Shown one piece after another: positions 24,290-38,300 of a stretch of DNA of 64,000 nucleotides. A model generated the notes under the pieces. It did no database searches and was not told where the DNA came from. It saw only the letters and a program-made list of their open reading frames with translations. Origin of the DNA: Lama glama (taxonomy: Eukaryota); contig CM052817.1 of the NCBI GenBank assembly GCA_028534125.1, positions 77,564,001-77,628,000 of the forward strand. The letters are read 5' to 3'. Numbering within the stretch: the stretch's first letter is position 1; every line of letters begins with the position of its first letter. The translations under genes and the position numbers were made by a program.

Positions 24290-27200
24290 ATTTTAATGTA
24301 TACATTTTAAAAGTTGGGAGAAAAAAGGATAGAATGTTCAGAAAACCTCACAAGCTGGGTTTAATTCAGCTCCTAAGTGGTGTGGTCAGTAAAATCTCCA
24401 GGGACACATGGGCCCTAAACAAGATAATTTTGTGTTTGTGTTAGCATCAGAGTCTGCCTCTCTTCAGTTCTGAAAGATTTACTATACTTTTGGGAATCTT
24501 TAAAAATAAATATGTGCTTCTCCTGACGTATATCACTGGAGATATTTCAAACACAAAGGCAGTGCCCTGGGGAGTGGGAAAAGTACCAGGGGAAAGAATG
24601 TTGCTTTAACAATATTCAGCACAGTCTGATTAGCTGCAGAAGTAGGCCAAAAACAAGGTTTCTTCTTTGTTGGTAGAAATCGCCTACAGAGGATTTGGCA
24701 GAAAAAAAAGCCATGCTTTCATAGCCTCCCTTTTCTTTTCAGATCTCTTTGTTCCTGTTCTATGACGCAGTTCACAGGGAAATCTGATAAAAAGAACCCG
24801 AATGTTCCCTTGTTCTTTCACCCTGAGTAACTGTATCTTGCAGAGGATTTCTGTGTGCATAAGACTGACATGTGCTAACTTGAAGTGCACTGCAGACCTT
24901 TCATCATGACCATTTCTGAACAAAGTCAGCCCCAAAGATGACAGATTCATCTTATTAGGAGAATTTTAAATAATGCTATTGACTTTGACATGCTTAGAAA
25001 CTATACACTGAAATGTAAAAAATTACTGGTGACTAATTAAAGAATCAAGGAAAATAAGCAGGAAAACCTAGAAATTTAACCCATGGACATATCTCTTTAC
25101 TAATCATAAATCTGTAGGTATAACTAAATAGGCATATATATCATATAATGTAAATGGTGATAAAAATGACTCTATGAAACATAATTCTTGATGGACTACT
25201 CTACTATGCTCCTATTAAGATGGGCCTATTGAATTTGGTAACCCAATGGCTACCCACTGTATCTAGTAATTAGTAACTAAACTTAAGTGCAGTTTTGGAT
25301 TCTTTTATGAGGGTGTTCTTAACAGCATTTAGGAAAATTATGGTTAGATCTGCTAACTGCCTTGTAGATAAGCCCGGCACATTCAAATCTGTAGAACAGT
25401 CTTCTGTACAGGACTACTGATGATTACGTACAGTCTGGATGACCCTAGGAAGCACACTCAATACATCGAATCAGTTTCCAACAATTACAAAAGCTTCTTA
25501 AGTTCTGAGTGGCATACTTAAGATGCTATGGGAGGAAAAAAAGAAAGAGAAAACATAGCTCGACTCTTGCCTTCAAGAATCTCAATCAGTAGTGAAAATA
25601 AAAAAGTGCACATATAAAGGAAATAAATTCACATAAAGTTGAGAGCACAAATTTATTAACTGTCAACAGCATTCCAAGTGGCATGAAGTCAATCCTAGCA
25701 TTCTCCCAGGAACAGAGACTTGAGTCGGGCTCTGAGGAAGAGAAAAGCACGCTGTGGCATAAAGTGGGGCAGACTTGGAAGTGGCCGCCCATTCAGGGGC
25801 GGAATGACACATAAACGACAGAAGGTGAAAATAAGCACAGCACATGCACATCTGTCCCACTGGAGTCAGGAGTCTGTTTCCGGGATCAGCAAGAGTTACA
25901 GGAGAGCAAGCCAAGATCTGGAAGCCCGGCAGAGACATGAATATCTGACATATTTTTCAGTAGGAAATATTCTGTGTCAGGGCACTTCATGATGCTGCCA
26001 TTGTCTCTAGCAAAAACGTATTACTTTTACCATCCTAAAATTATAGTGACAATAATATCTGAAATAAACAGAAGAGTCACCAAGGCAGGAAGGCCAACCA
26101 GAATGATGGCGGGCGGTGTTCAAGCTGATGTTGGCTGGAAGTGGAACAGCAGTTATTCTAACAGAATAGGAGAGTGGATGCATGAGACACTGAGGAGAAA
26201 TAACTGCCTAATGGACAAAAATTCAGGAAAAGGTAAGACTAAAGATGGCAAAAGAAATTTTGAGTGACTATCTTCAGATCCAATACCCAAATGCTACCTA
26301 AAAACTTATGCTTTTAAGAAATAAGATATATATCAACTCATAAGAATTTTGTAAACAGACACAAGGATCACATTCCTTTGTCCTGGCCAGGCCCTTTCAA
26401 CAGGATCGCTACTAGTTTAAAGTATGGGAGGTCTCAGGAATGGAAAGGTTTCTGAGTCACTATCTAGGTCCTGTAACCAGCAAGAAGCAGAACTGAGCTA
26501 TTCACATTTAGAACTTCTGGCTCTAAATGAGATCTTCATTCTATTAATAGAAAGGACTTTTTAAAAATGAGCCCTATAACCTACAGTAAAGAAACCTGAT
26601 AGCGTACACACATACACGTGCATGCGTGAGTAATTCTCACGAGACTCCCACAGGGGAAGTCATACCATTATCCCCGGCTAACAGATTACAAAACTGAGAA
26701 CGTAAGAGATTAGCTGCCCAAGGAAATTAGAGTTAATCACTAGTAGAGCTATGACTCAAAATTCATGAGCTTTCTACTCTATTCTGCCGTCTCAATTTCT
26801 TCATTTGTAAAACAGGGACAATCATAACCAAAGAGCCTTTCTTGAGAGCTTCTTAAAATAATTGAATGATACATTATCTCTTAATCAACATGCTCTAATA
26901 GAGTGAAGTATTATTAGAGAAGAGTCTACAGACAGTTGTTCTTTGTTTTCACTCAGTTCTGCACAAGATTGAGGTCAGTAACATAAACTTTGGTTAAAGA
27001 AAGGGCCAGATTTGGGCCCCGAGTAATACCATAAATAACACTGTGTTAACCTCAGCTATATTAGTCCTTAGTTTTCATGCCTCAGTGAGGCTTTGAGAGC
27101 AGGGACGACTCATCACTGAAATGTGCACCTAGCACAGTGCTGGGGACACTGTTTATTGTTAATAAATTTTCATTTTATGAATTAAAGGATTGCTAAATAG

Positions 27201-27589
27201 CGGAAGCCTTCAAGGTACTTAAATTTCAGATACGAAATCTCTACAAGGAGACTAGACATTCAACTGACAGAAAAAAAACAGCCTTAAAGGCAAATTACTG
27301 ACTTTTTTCCCCCAAATGGTCCTTTCTATTCTCCCTTATTCTTTGATACAATACACGTGGCCATTATGAAACAAAATAGAATCCCCTGATAACTCCCAAC
27401 TGATATTAGAAGGTATTGATTTCAGTCTCGCTATTTTCTGAGAGGTGAATAAGGTAATCAACTGGGGTTAAAATCAGTTTTCATCTTTGTGGGTGACCCT
27501 GCTCGAACCAAGAGCCTCGCTTCACATCAACCCCTTTACTCCCTCATTTCCAAAGGAGTTCACTATCTTTTTGGTCCTTCTTTCTACTG

Positions 27590-27830
27590 TGTTATAACCT
27601 CCCCAATCAGATCATGTTACTTCCCTGCTTAAAGTTCCTCAGTGACTCAGGATCAGATCTAAATTCCTCTGAATAGCTTACAAGGTGCTACATGACTTGC
27701 TTCTTACCTTCCTCTCTGATCGCATTTCTCGCCACTTTCACCCTCAACTAGCGCTCCACAGCCCCGCCCCCTCCCTTCTGTCGTCCCGCCTTTGCACATC
27801 CTGCTCTCACTGTTGGGGACACTCTCCCCT
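27590..27830 (+). mobile_element. L2 LINE fragment
   Basis: atcagatcatgttacttccctgcttaaa..aaattcct..tacaaggtgctacatgac..ctttgcacat..; typical L2 motifs. Confidence 0.55.
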
Positions 27831-28016
27831 GTTCTTCAGCCTGGTGCTTGATACATGTAGGAACCCGTTCCTGTGCTTTTAATGGTTGATTTTTTTCTTT
27901 AAAAATCTCAGCTGTACATTAGGTGACAGTTTATGAATCATGGAAACTGAAAAATCCTTATTCCATACTAGTATCCAAAACTAATTCTCTCTCTTCACAC
28001 ACACACACTTTTGTCA

Positions 28017-28217
<201 letters not shown>

Positions 28218-31200
28218 TTAAAGCAGCAGTGAGTCATAAAGTTTTCTTGCTTTGCTATGGGGAAAAAGTACATTGTGGTTTTTTTTTTTTCCTTTTTAAT
28301 GCAATACACTAGAAATCTTTTCATATAGGAGCTTAGGAGCTACTCCTGTTTTTTTGTTTTGTTTTGTTTTTAATCTGAGCCACACGCAGGTAACTAATAA
28401 TGGTTCTGGGTAAGCCAGGAGAAGAGAGGGTGACTATACCTAGAACAGCAGGCAGAACTAAGGACTCCAGTTATCCAGCCCCTTTATACATCCACAGTGT
28501 TATTTGTTCAACAGATATTTACTGAGTAACTATTCTGGACCTGTCTCAGTACCATGAGCTGAAAATCAAGTGGTATGCAGGATAATGATAATGTTCCAAG
28601 CACTTTATGTTTAATTAGCAAGACAACCTTATGAAACAGATACTGTAGCTCCATTTTTCAAGTACAGAAACTTGAGCATGGAGGACCACATCCTACCCAC
28701 CACAGCCCAGGCAGTTAAGGAATAGAGCCCAGCTTCCAGCGCAGGCAGACTACACAGCTCTCAAATTTGACACAATCTCTACAGACTAACAGAACATCCT
28801 TCACCCAAGCCTGATTATAAGAATCACCTAGGGTGCCCACTGAAAGTACTCAGTGGTTCTGATTCAGTAGGTCTGGGATGGGTTGAGAAGCTGGTTTTGT
28901 TTTTTTGGAGAGGGATTGTTTTTTAATTAACATCCTTGGTTTTGATTTGTTAATCATTTATTTATAGTAAACACCTGCTATTTCTTCAATACACCTTGCT
29001 CTTTTTCATCAGTGTTCCTTTTACCTCCTGCTTCTCATACTCTCTTTAACTGGAGGACTTCTTGAAGGCACAGCTCCCACCCAAAGAAGAGTTATTAAAT
29101 GCCCTTCAGAGCTAACCCTACCTTGGGAATTCCTATTTAATCACACAAAGTTCACTATAATGTAATTTCCTGTTTGTCTCCTAAATACACTGCAACCAAC
29201 AGGTGGGGCGGTATCTAACACATCTTTGTTTCCATTGTGACTACTGATAGATACAGTTTTAATATTTGTTAACTGAATATGTATTAAATAAATGGGAGGG
29301 AAAAATCTCATTCCCTTCACTTAATTTGAGTCGTTAAGTTCTAGGAGGGTAAAGCCCATTAACCTGAAATCAGAAAACTAGCAGACTGGGATGTGCATTC
29401 CAATCTAAGTTTTGTTTGGTACTGAATATTTTTTAAAAATCACCAAATTTGTTACACTGTTTAAAAATTGGGCAATTTTAACAACAACAAAAAGGGTTTC
29501 TGGCACCTTCTGAAAAATCAGGCCACACTGAACCCAAATCACATGAAGCAGCACTGGCCACAGCCAAGGCGCCCTGACTCCCTCAGACTGAGCCGGCTTC
29601 TCTCCCATATTTCCTGGTGGCCACTCGCGGGCGTCAGAACCTACTGGAACTCTGACTCCTCCACCCCCTTGACTGTTCACTCTGCCGGCACTTTACCTGC
29701 CCCAGCCAGGTGGGCCAGATTCACCTGATGAAAAGAGGCTTGAACTTGGTGTGGGGGAGATGCAAGAAAAGTGAAGAAATCTGAACCAGGTTCCTTCCCT
29801 TTAATGTTTTTGATCTTGATCTCCTCCAAACCCCTTAAGTTTCTGCTGAGTATCCAGCACATCAGTATGCTCTGCTTTACCTCCATCTTTTACGAAGTAA
29901 AAAGGTCAAAATAGTAAGACCTCAGGGAGCAATCTAGAGCTTTCCCCTCCCAAGCCGGGGGCACTTGCATAGTCTCTGCTCATCTTGACCTTCATGTTAC
30001 TGTTACGTACCAGATGTGTCTAAACTTTAAAACAATGTCACCCTCTTCATACTCCAAAGTAAGAGTCCTTCCCCAAGCCCCAAACTGTCGAGAAATGCAT
30101 TCCTTTCAGTCATTTCCACAGGCTAATGCGTGGGCTGGACTAGGGGAAGAGAGGAGGACTGAAACTGTTTAGATAAAGGGCTGCCTTGTTTACGCCAGCC
30201 CCCAACATCAGAGATGGAGCAGAGGACTCCAGGGGAACTCGGAAGTGCGGAGGTGGGAGTAACCCACCTTTTAACTCAAAGCAGATCACAACTGTCTCCC
30301 TTAAACACTGCATGAGAGAACAGATGTTTGTTCCTTAGGGCATCATTATTCTTACAGCAGGAAGTTTTCTTTTTTTCCTTCTACAAAGGATATTCTAAAC
30401 GCTATGGGATAAAGACAGCCAGCATGGCTTGTGCCTCGCTCCACTCTCTACTGAGAGAAAAGAATCCTTTCTTTTGCTCGTTCGGCCACGCCACAGCACA
30501 CCTTTCTGAGCTGACCTAGGGGGAAAGGCCGACACTTTTCTTCAGAAGCTTTGGTCAGTGATACAGAGGTTCAGAATTCTTGGGATCGATTACTAACAAG
30601 CCACGAGAAAGTCACATGTCATTTGTCAGCTGCTGCTTTGAACATCGCAAGAGAATTCAACTTTCTTTCTGCCCTGAAACGGCTTGGGATAAAGGGGGTT
30701 TTAAGCAAAACACTGCCTGTCATTCTAACTTACCATTTAATAAAATACTCTCCATCTTACTAATAGCAGGCGGAAGAGTACGTGGTATTTCTGGGAGAGG
30801 TTATGGATGTACAGTTCTGGATTTTCACAGCTTTTCCTTTCAGTGATGGTATGATTTGTTAGAATTTGTACAGTGAGATTTCTGACTTTTTCTTCAGGAG
30901 ATGATACAACTTACTGCACTTGCTATTGAAGATGAACAAATAATACATTTTATTCTGTGATGCAGTAAGGTGCTATACCTGTGTATATGTATTACAGGTG
31001 ACAACACAATTCAAAACTTCCGGAACTATGATACTACCTGATACAACTCATTCCTCCACATATGAGAGCACAATGCCTGTCTTCTCAGGCAGGAGCATTT
31101 AGCTGTTTTAGTGCTTAGTCTGAATATAGTTAAGTCCTTCTAAAGTTGAGAATTCTAATTTGTGTCAAATTAACCAAATATGGAATGCAAAAAATACACA

Positions 31201-32418
31201 AAACTCCCTGGGTTAAAAGTTTAACCTGGCAAACAGTTTGGTAGTATAATGTCATTTTTCTTCTGAGTTCTTTAATTACATCTGCCACTCAAACTAATAA
31301 AGAAACTCGTTGCCTCTCATGACTCTTTAGAGGAAATTCTTCATTAAGCCCTTTTTTATGACTTTTTTTCTACTGCCTTGGTCCCTTTTCACCATCCTTC
31401 TAAAATGTAAAACCGAATGAAAATAACCAACCAACTCTGGAAGTGAAGTCTGCTAAGAGTGGAACTGGAAGTACCTTTGGCAACAGGATTCAACTGGGTT
31501 AAAAGAAGCAGTATTCAGATTATAAAAATATTTTAGTTGCTCAGTGATCCTTCACCAAAACCAGTTGTTTTGAATACCACCTGATTGATAAGGAGCTAAA
31601 TAAACTGGTCATCAGGAGGCAAAATCCTGTATCAGCTACCACATTTGCATTTTGGCATTAGACAATGATCATAAAAAGAAAAACCTGAAAGCAAGATGAA
31701 ACACATGGTAAAAAGGAATGTTTGCTATTAGGGGTTCTAGTCCTGATGTTCCACTGACTTTGTCACCCTGAACAAGATGTTCCACTTCTCTGCCTATCTT
31801 CTCACCTGTAAAGTGTGGTGGATGGATTAGACTGTCTCTAAGGTATAATTTATCTGTGTCCACAGGGCTCCAGGATTTCTTACTACCTTCTCACTTTACA
31901 ACCCAATGCCACCCTCTGAGTGGCATCGAAATCTTGCCAGTGACCTTCCTGTACAAGGCCCAAGCTCTGTCTCCGACTCTCTTATCCTTTCAAGTAAATG
32001 GACGGGGCACCTTAGCTGTTATGGTTGTCTTTTTCATGCTTGATTCCTCACACATGTCACTCTGTCTGGCTTGCTCACACGACTGGCTTAGATAGAGGAT
32101 CCCAAACTCTGCATGAGTGCAGAGGAGGCTTGGGCTAGGTATGTAGTAGCTTCTATACTTACTGCAGTAACACTCTAAATGAAAAGTTGAGTTTTTAGAC
32201 ACTGCCATCTATTTTTTTTTTATGCAAGGGTGGGGAAGTATCTATATTTTTGCCATTTTTTTTCGAGGTTAAATAACACACACACATACACTCTCACTTC
32301 TGGGCCTGTTTAACTGTTTCTCCTCCTCTGCCAGGAAAACATCCCCTCACGTTTTCATATAGCTAGTTCTTCTTCATTGTTTATGTTTCAGCTGCACCAG
32401 AGAGACATTCACTGGTCC

Positions 32419-33650
32419 CTGTGGTAGATACTGCAGCAAGACTCCGTTAACCTGACACCTATTTTAACCTTTATCTAGTGAGCCTTCATTTTCTGAAGAG
32501 TCAAGAAAGCTCAAAAATATATTTTCCTGATTCCTTTGCAGCTAGGGTTCCAGGTAGATTTTGGTTTCTTCAGTGAGGTATATCTGAGTGAGACCTGAAT
32601 TTCAAACTAACATATAGTGCCTACCACACGAGGAACCCCTCACCGACCCCCCCCCTTTTTTTTTAACATGGATCTAGAGGGTGTAATGCTGCTGTAGAGA
32701 TGGCAGTTTTGGCCAGACTATGTTGTGATGGTTGATTCTGGAAGGAGGAGATAGCTCAGTGGCTTTCTGATTCTGGCCTACATGGAAGTTCCCATTGTGC
32801 ACTAGATCTGGTTTGGTTTGGGATTCATTCCTGGGGTCATTCATCCACCCCCTCCAATGATTTGAAAGCACCTAATTACATTCTTTTCTGCTTCAAATAG
32901 CTAAAGCAGTTTCTGTTATCTGTAATTGAACTACATTAGGCAAAGTGTTGGCAGGCAACAAATTCTCAAGGCTAGGAATTTGGTATTAGACAGTTGGCTT
33001 TGTTGGGTTTGCAGGCAGAATGGAATCAGGTTTCCAAGAGAGCAGTGGCTCTCAATGTTTGGTCCCTGCAGCAGCAGCATCTGAGAATTTGTTAAAGATG
33101 CAAATTTGCGCGTCCCAACACAGACCGACTCAATCAGAAACTCTGGGAGTGGGGCTCAGCCGTCTGTGTTAAAATAAACCTTCCAGATGACTCTGATGAG
33201 TGCTGGGTTGTGAGAACCACTGCATTAGGGATTGGGTGTTAGTAATCAATAGCACGCAATACCATTTAAATCCTCACTTGTGGTTATGCAGAAGGAAATC
33301 CCTTTTGGTGGACTCTGTGGTGGCCACTGTATTGCAGTGAGGTGCAAGGTGGGCTGGCTGTGGCCAGTGGCTTTGGAGGGATCAAAGAAAGCAAATAGAG
33401 GCTCTGGGCTTTAAATTTTGGGGTCAAGTCATGGTCAGAAGAGTAGAGAGTTTTTATGGCTCTCCTAAACCATGCTATTTCTTGAAGCACTAATGCAGGT
33501 GAAACCCACACACAATCTTATTCTGCAGGTCGCTGAATTACAGTGTAGGATGAAATCACAGACTTGCCATGTTTCTTATGTGTAAGTCACGACATTGATT
33601 AGGAGAGAGTGGGGCACCAAGAATGGAACTGAGACATTTGAGAAGATGTT
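32419..33650 (+). mobile_element. ERVL 5' LTR (about 32419-32935) followed by a leader and degenerate gag fragment, interrupted by MER5A
   Basis: LTR ends ttttctgcttcaaatagctaaagcagtttctgttatctgtaa; 33514-33640 translates NLILQVAELQCRMKSQTCHVSYV*VTTLIRREWG, resembling ERVL gag LI.RVA.LQ..VS.VKVRALIGKEWD. Confidence 0.7.
33043..33222. mobile_element. MER5A (hAT-Charlie)
   Basis: Terminal inverted repeats cagtggctctca / tgagaaccactg; aatcagaaactctggg..ggggc. Confidence 0.85.
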
Positions 33651-34174
33651 GGTAACTACACACATCTCAGACCATTCACTCCAAAATATGTCTCTATAGT
33701 AACATAGTGAATATACTTTCACAGTGCCTATACTTTACAGTCATAGTTCGTTTTTCTGATTATAATTATATATTATTATATAATTTTGTGATCATCAAGC
33801 ACCTAACCAGTTCTCCATACTATTAAATTTAATTTAATTTGGCAAAGAGCTGTAATACAAATGTTAATATTAGTAATGAACCATGCTGTGTCAGACACAA
33901 GACAAATTGTAGATTATCCCTCTTCTCTTACAGTTCAATTACTCTATTTACTTTTGAAAAATTTTAATTATAGTTGAATTCCTTCTTTCATCTGCACAAT
34001 GAATACTTTGTTGTTGTAATCTTAAAAACTCAGCTTTAGCTTGTCTTAAGTGTCATTAAAGTTTGATTCATTCACTTCTAAGAACACTGGAAACTCAGGA
34101 TGGGAGAGGAATGACCTTAAAAGTTTTCCACTTTCACCAGCTATGGTAGGAAGTTACTTAAAATGGTCAACTAC

Positions 34175-34362
34175 TAACAATAGCTAATATTTACTGGGGG
34201 CGTATGAACCAGGAACTCTGATCACTACAACTCTGTGAGGTAAGTTTTCATTATCCTCCTTTTACAGATGAAGAAACTAAGGCACAGAGAAGTCACAGAT
34301 TTGCCTGAGGTCAAGGAATCTGAACCATCTCTCTCTAGACTCATGTTCTCAACCATCATACT
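34175..34362 (-). mobile_element. MIR SINE
   Basis: ttttacagatgaagaaactaaggcacagaga core. Confidence 0.75.
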
Positions 34363-34852
34363 GTATTCATCAAAATGAAAGCTGACAATGAAAATGTATC
34401 TCCATGGCTCTTCAAATGTCTGGCTCTGTGACTAGTTAACAGGCTGTTTTATTCATTTCATTAACTATTAAATTATTTCTAGCTTCTTAATCACTTTAAG
34501 GAAAAAGAAAGCATAATCTTGTTGACTGAACTGAAGGATCATGAATAGTATTTCATGCTAGATCACAGGCTTTCTAATCTGAAATTTCCAGAATCAATTG
34601 ATTGATTGATTCATTCAACAAAACAGTAAACCAGGTTCCTGTTAAGCGATCACTAAATGGCAGCCATTATCATCATTATTATCACTGTTATTATTACTCA
34701 AGAACTAACAGTCTGATGGAGAAGACATGAGTAATTGAAATACATAGTTTTTTAAGTGCAACAACACAAGTATACTGGTAGTTTGCACAAGGGATTCCTA
34801 ACAACACAATGATAGAGAATGTAACTACACATTTAGTTACTTTTTTTAGTCA

Positions 34853-35324
34853 CGCGTAATAGTTAATTTTATGTCTCAAGTTGACTAGCCACAGGGTTCC
34901 CAAATTAAACATTCTTTCTGGGTGTGTCCATGAGGGTGTTTCTGGATGAGATAAGCATTTGAATCAGTGGACTCAATAAAGTAGACTGTGCTCCCTGATG
35001 TGGGTGGGCACCATCCAATCCACTGAGGGCCTGCATAGAACAAAAGGCACAAGAAGGAGGAATTTCCCCCCTTGCGCTTCCTACCAGTCTGCTGGAGTTG
35101 GGATATCTCATCTCTTCTCAGGCTCTTCGACTGGGATTTCAACCACTGGCTCCCTGTTCTCAGGCCTTTAGGCTCAGCTGAACCACACCACTGGCTTTCC
35201 TGGGTCTTTAACCTGCAGCCAGAAGACTGCTGGACTTCTTAGCCCATTCCTCAGAATGGGCTATATTTTATATATTTATAAAGTCACCTACTGGTTATTT
35301 TTCTCTGGAGAACCTGACTAATAA
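34853..35324 (+). mobile_element. MLT2 (ERVL) solo LTR
   Basis: gttaattttatgtctcaagttgactag..gagggtgtttctggatgagat..gtgggtgggcaccatccaatcc..ctctggagaacctgactaata. Confidence 0.85.
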
Positions 35325-38300
35325 AATTCCCTGTTTTTCTAAAGTTAAAGAGAATCATTCCTGAGTTTTATCAGTTACTTAAGACAAATGATAACCCTTC
35401 TTTTATTCAACTATTTTTTATTACGAAGTCTATTTACACAACCAAAGGGACACACTGGGGCTCCATAAAGTTTCCACAGGTGTGGAAACTTTATGGGAAT
35501 TAATACATTTATAAAGTGTACAGTCTCCTTGAAGCCCATAGAGCATGTGTGGAAAATAATACACTTGGGTAAGGTAAATTTATAAGGGTCATTTAAAAAT
35601 CATTGAATTTCATATTTTTGATGAAAGCCTCATGACAAAGGTTTATATTCGGCCTGTGGCAAGGTCTCTGGTAACCCAGCGGAAAACAGAGACACGTGGC
35701 TACATGGCTACACAGTTCGCTCAGCTGTATAATCTCTATACAAAACGGTCACGCAAAGGCCTTCTGCCTGCCTTGGGCACAAAGGGTCAGTTCTCAAGAG
35801 CTAGAACAGAAATTACAGAAACAACTTCTGATAGTCAACTATTAAGAAAAGGCTCCTTATTCAGAAAATTATTTATTAAAATAAGTCTGAAAAGAAGGGC
35901 AAACACTGAACTTGGTCTTTCACAAAACGTCAAATTTTTCCAATTAGCTTCAGTGTTTTAGATGGGAATTTTGTTGTTACTCCTTCATGTTCACTTAGTA
36001 TAAATGTTAAATGTGTTTTCCTCAGTGATCCATTCTTTAAGGAAATTACTTTCAGGGATGCTCAGTCAGGTGTTGTAAGTTCTCCTTAGCAGTCCCTGAG
36101 CCCTATGCCTGCACCCCTGCCGGGGCTCTCTTCTATGCAGAGCAGTTTGGGTCCTGCTTTTTGAATAAAGCCACTTGGACAGCCATCACATTACACTTTA
36201 CAGAAGACTAACATCTCTCTTCCCCACGTTTAACACGTGCAGAAAATGAGTTTTTAAAGAAAAACCCCCACACAATTAGTTTACAAGGCTGTCAGAAAAT
36301 ATCGTTCTCTAAAAAGGAAGGGAAACCAGATGAGAAAGATGAGAAAGAAATCTGCTAATACAAAGAGAGGTGACTGTTCAACTCAACATGTGGAACCAAA
36401 TCTTAGAAAAAAGAAGTGAATAAGGCATAGCAGGACTACATTAGTATATTTTCTTCAATAACTATATTAACATTTTCCTTCTTTCTAACGTTATATAAAT
36501 GGATTCCTTCAAATCTCTATAGGAAAGAGGCACCGACTACAAAAAAACTTGAATAATGAGCATATGGTTTTTCAAAACCACATAAAGAAGGCAAATGTCA
36601 AGATTCCAATAAAGTACGTATATGCTTATAAGTAAAACTTCAGAGAAAATGTATGGCTGCAACTGAGACTAATACACACAGATTTGGTTAACATCTAGTT
36701 AGTATATAAGAAGCTCAAGAACAGTGCCATGATACTTTGGAATTCAGGCTACCACTGGAAGTAATCCTCCAGTAAAATCAAAGCAAAACAGGTCATATTA
36801 GCTTGTCAAATGAAAGTAGGACAAACATTACATCTTGCAGTGTGGAAAGGATACAGCCCAATTCATGTTATGACATCTATAAAAATGAATGCATCAACTG
36901 CTAGTGTACAGGAGGTCCAAAGGACCCAAACTGATTCAGAGTATTTCTAGCACCTTTTGAGGAGGAAGGTGCCTTCCTGGATGCCTTAAGTTACTACAGT
37001 TCAGTGACACTAATTATCAAGATCATAGGGTCAACTCCTCTTTATTATTATCTGCTCAAAATTTTCCATTTATAATTTGACTATTCATGTAGATTTCCCC
37101 CAAAAGTGAGGGAATGTGATGATCATCTTGATATAAGCAAGTGGATCTACACTCTAACACTGCCTGAGGCATCAGAGATTTGGGTCAGGTGTCAGGCTCA
37201 GCCCCTCACTGCTGTTACCTGCAGCAACCACACGCATGCCCAATCAAGAGGGGTCACATGAAGCTTCTGGCTCTTAAGGTTAAAGTCAAGATGAGGTATA
37301 AATTCCGTCCTAATTAGAAGTCCTGTCTAAGTGGTCAGCTCCTCCCTCTCTCGCTATTTTGATATAGTTATAGTAGAACTTTCAGGATCACATCAGGGTC
37401 TCAGTCTGCTTTTAGATACATTACTTCTGATGAAAGAAACTGCTGTAAAGCAGAAGGTACAGGGACTGGACTGAATCAGCACTGACTCCATGACAAAATT
37501 AAGAAGATTATTTAAAAAAACTAAACTCTAATACCTATTTATTTACTGTTCTAAACAAGAGAAGGTGGCAGAAAAAGGCAATCAATCAGACATTCAGTTA
37601 CTTGTAATAAATAAACATTTATTACATTTGGACATCTTAACTAACAACTTTCTAATAACCATAACCAGGTTAGTTGGGGTTATTTTACTTCTATCTCAGT
37701 AACTTGTGACTAAGGATTATTAAAAGGTATATGGCAAAATGCTTGTTTAAGGCCTTCTTTCTGCTGCACCCAATTTTGAGTCAAGAGAAAATTACATTAA
37801 AAAATAGATTAAAAAGTGAGTTTTTTTAATCTCAAGTAAAGCAAGGGGAAAAAAAGGATTCTGAATTTCCTATCAACTTTGTTATATTTTTGTTATGACT
37901 AAAAAACTTTTTGGAACAGGGGCATAAATACTTAGTATACTTAAAAAACATTTTTAAATTCTCTTAAGAACTAATTTCTAAAAATAAAAATTAAGAAGTA
38001 TTTGATGGCTTTTCAATTTATTTTAGGTTTTAAATTGTAATAAATCATCAGACACGTGACTAAGACAGCAATTTTGGTAATTGCTGGATGACGCAGGCAC
38101 CTGTATAGTGGGGGCTGCAAAGGAATTTTTATTAGGTTGACAGAAAACAAGAATTGAAATCAGTCCTGAATCTCAACCAATTTAAATGAATTATTTGACC
38201 TACAAACTATGTAATAATCCTAAATTTCGCAATGCAGCTGCCAGAAATCTATTTTCCAAATGGAACAACAGATGGTTTTGAACAATACTGCAATATAGCA

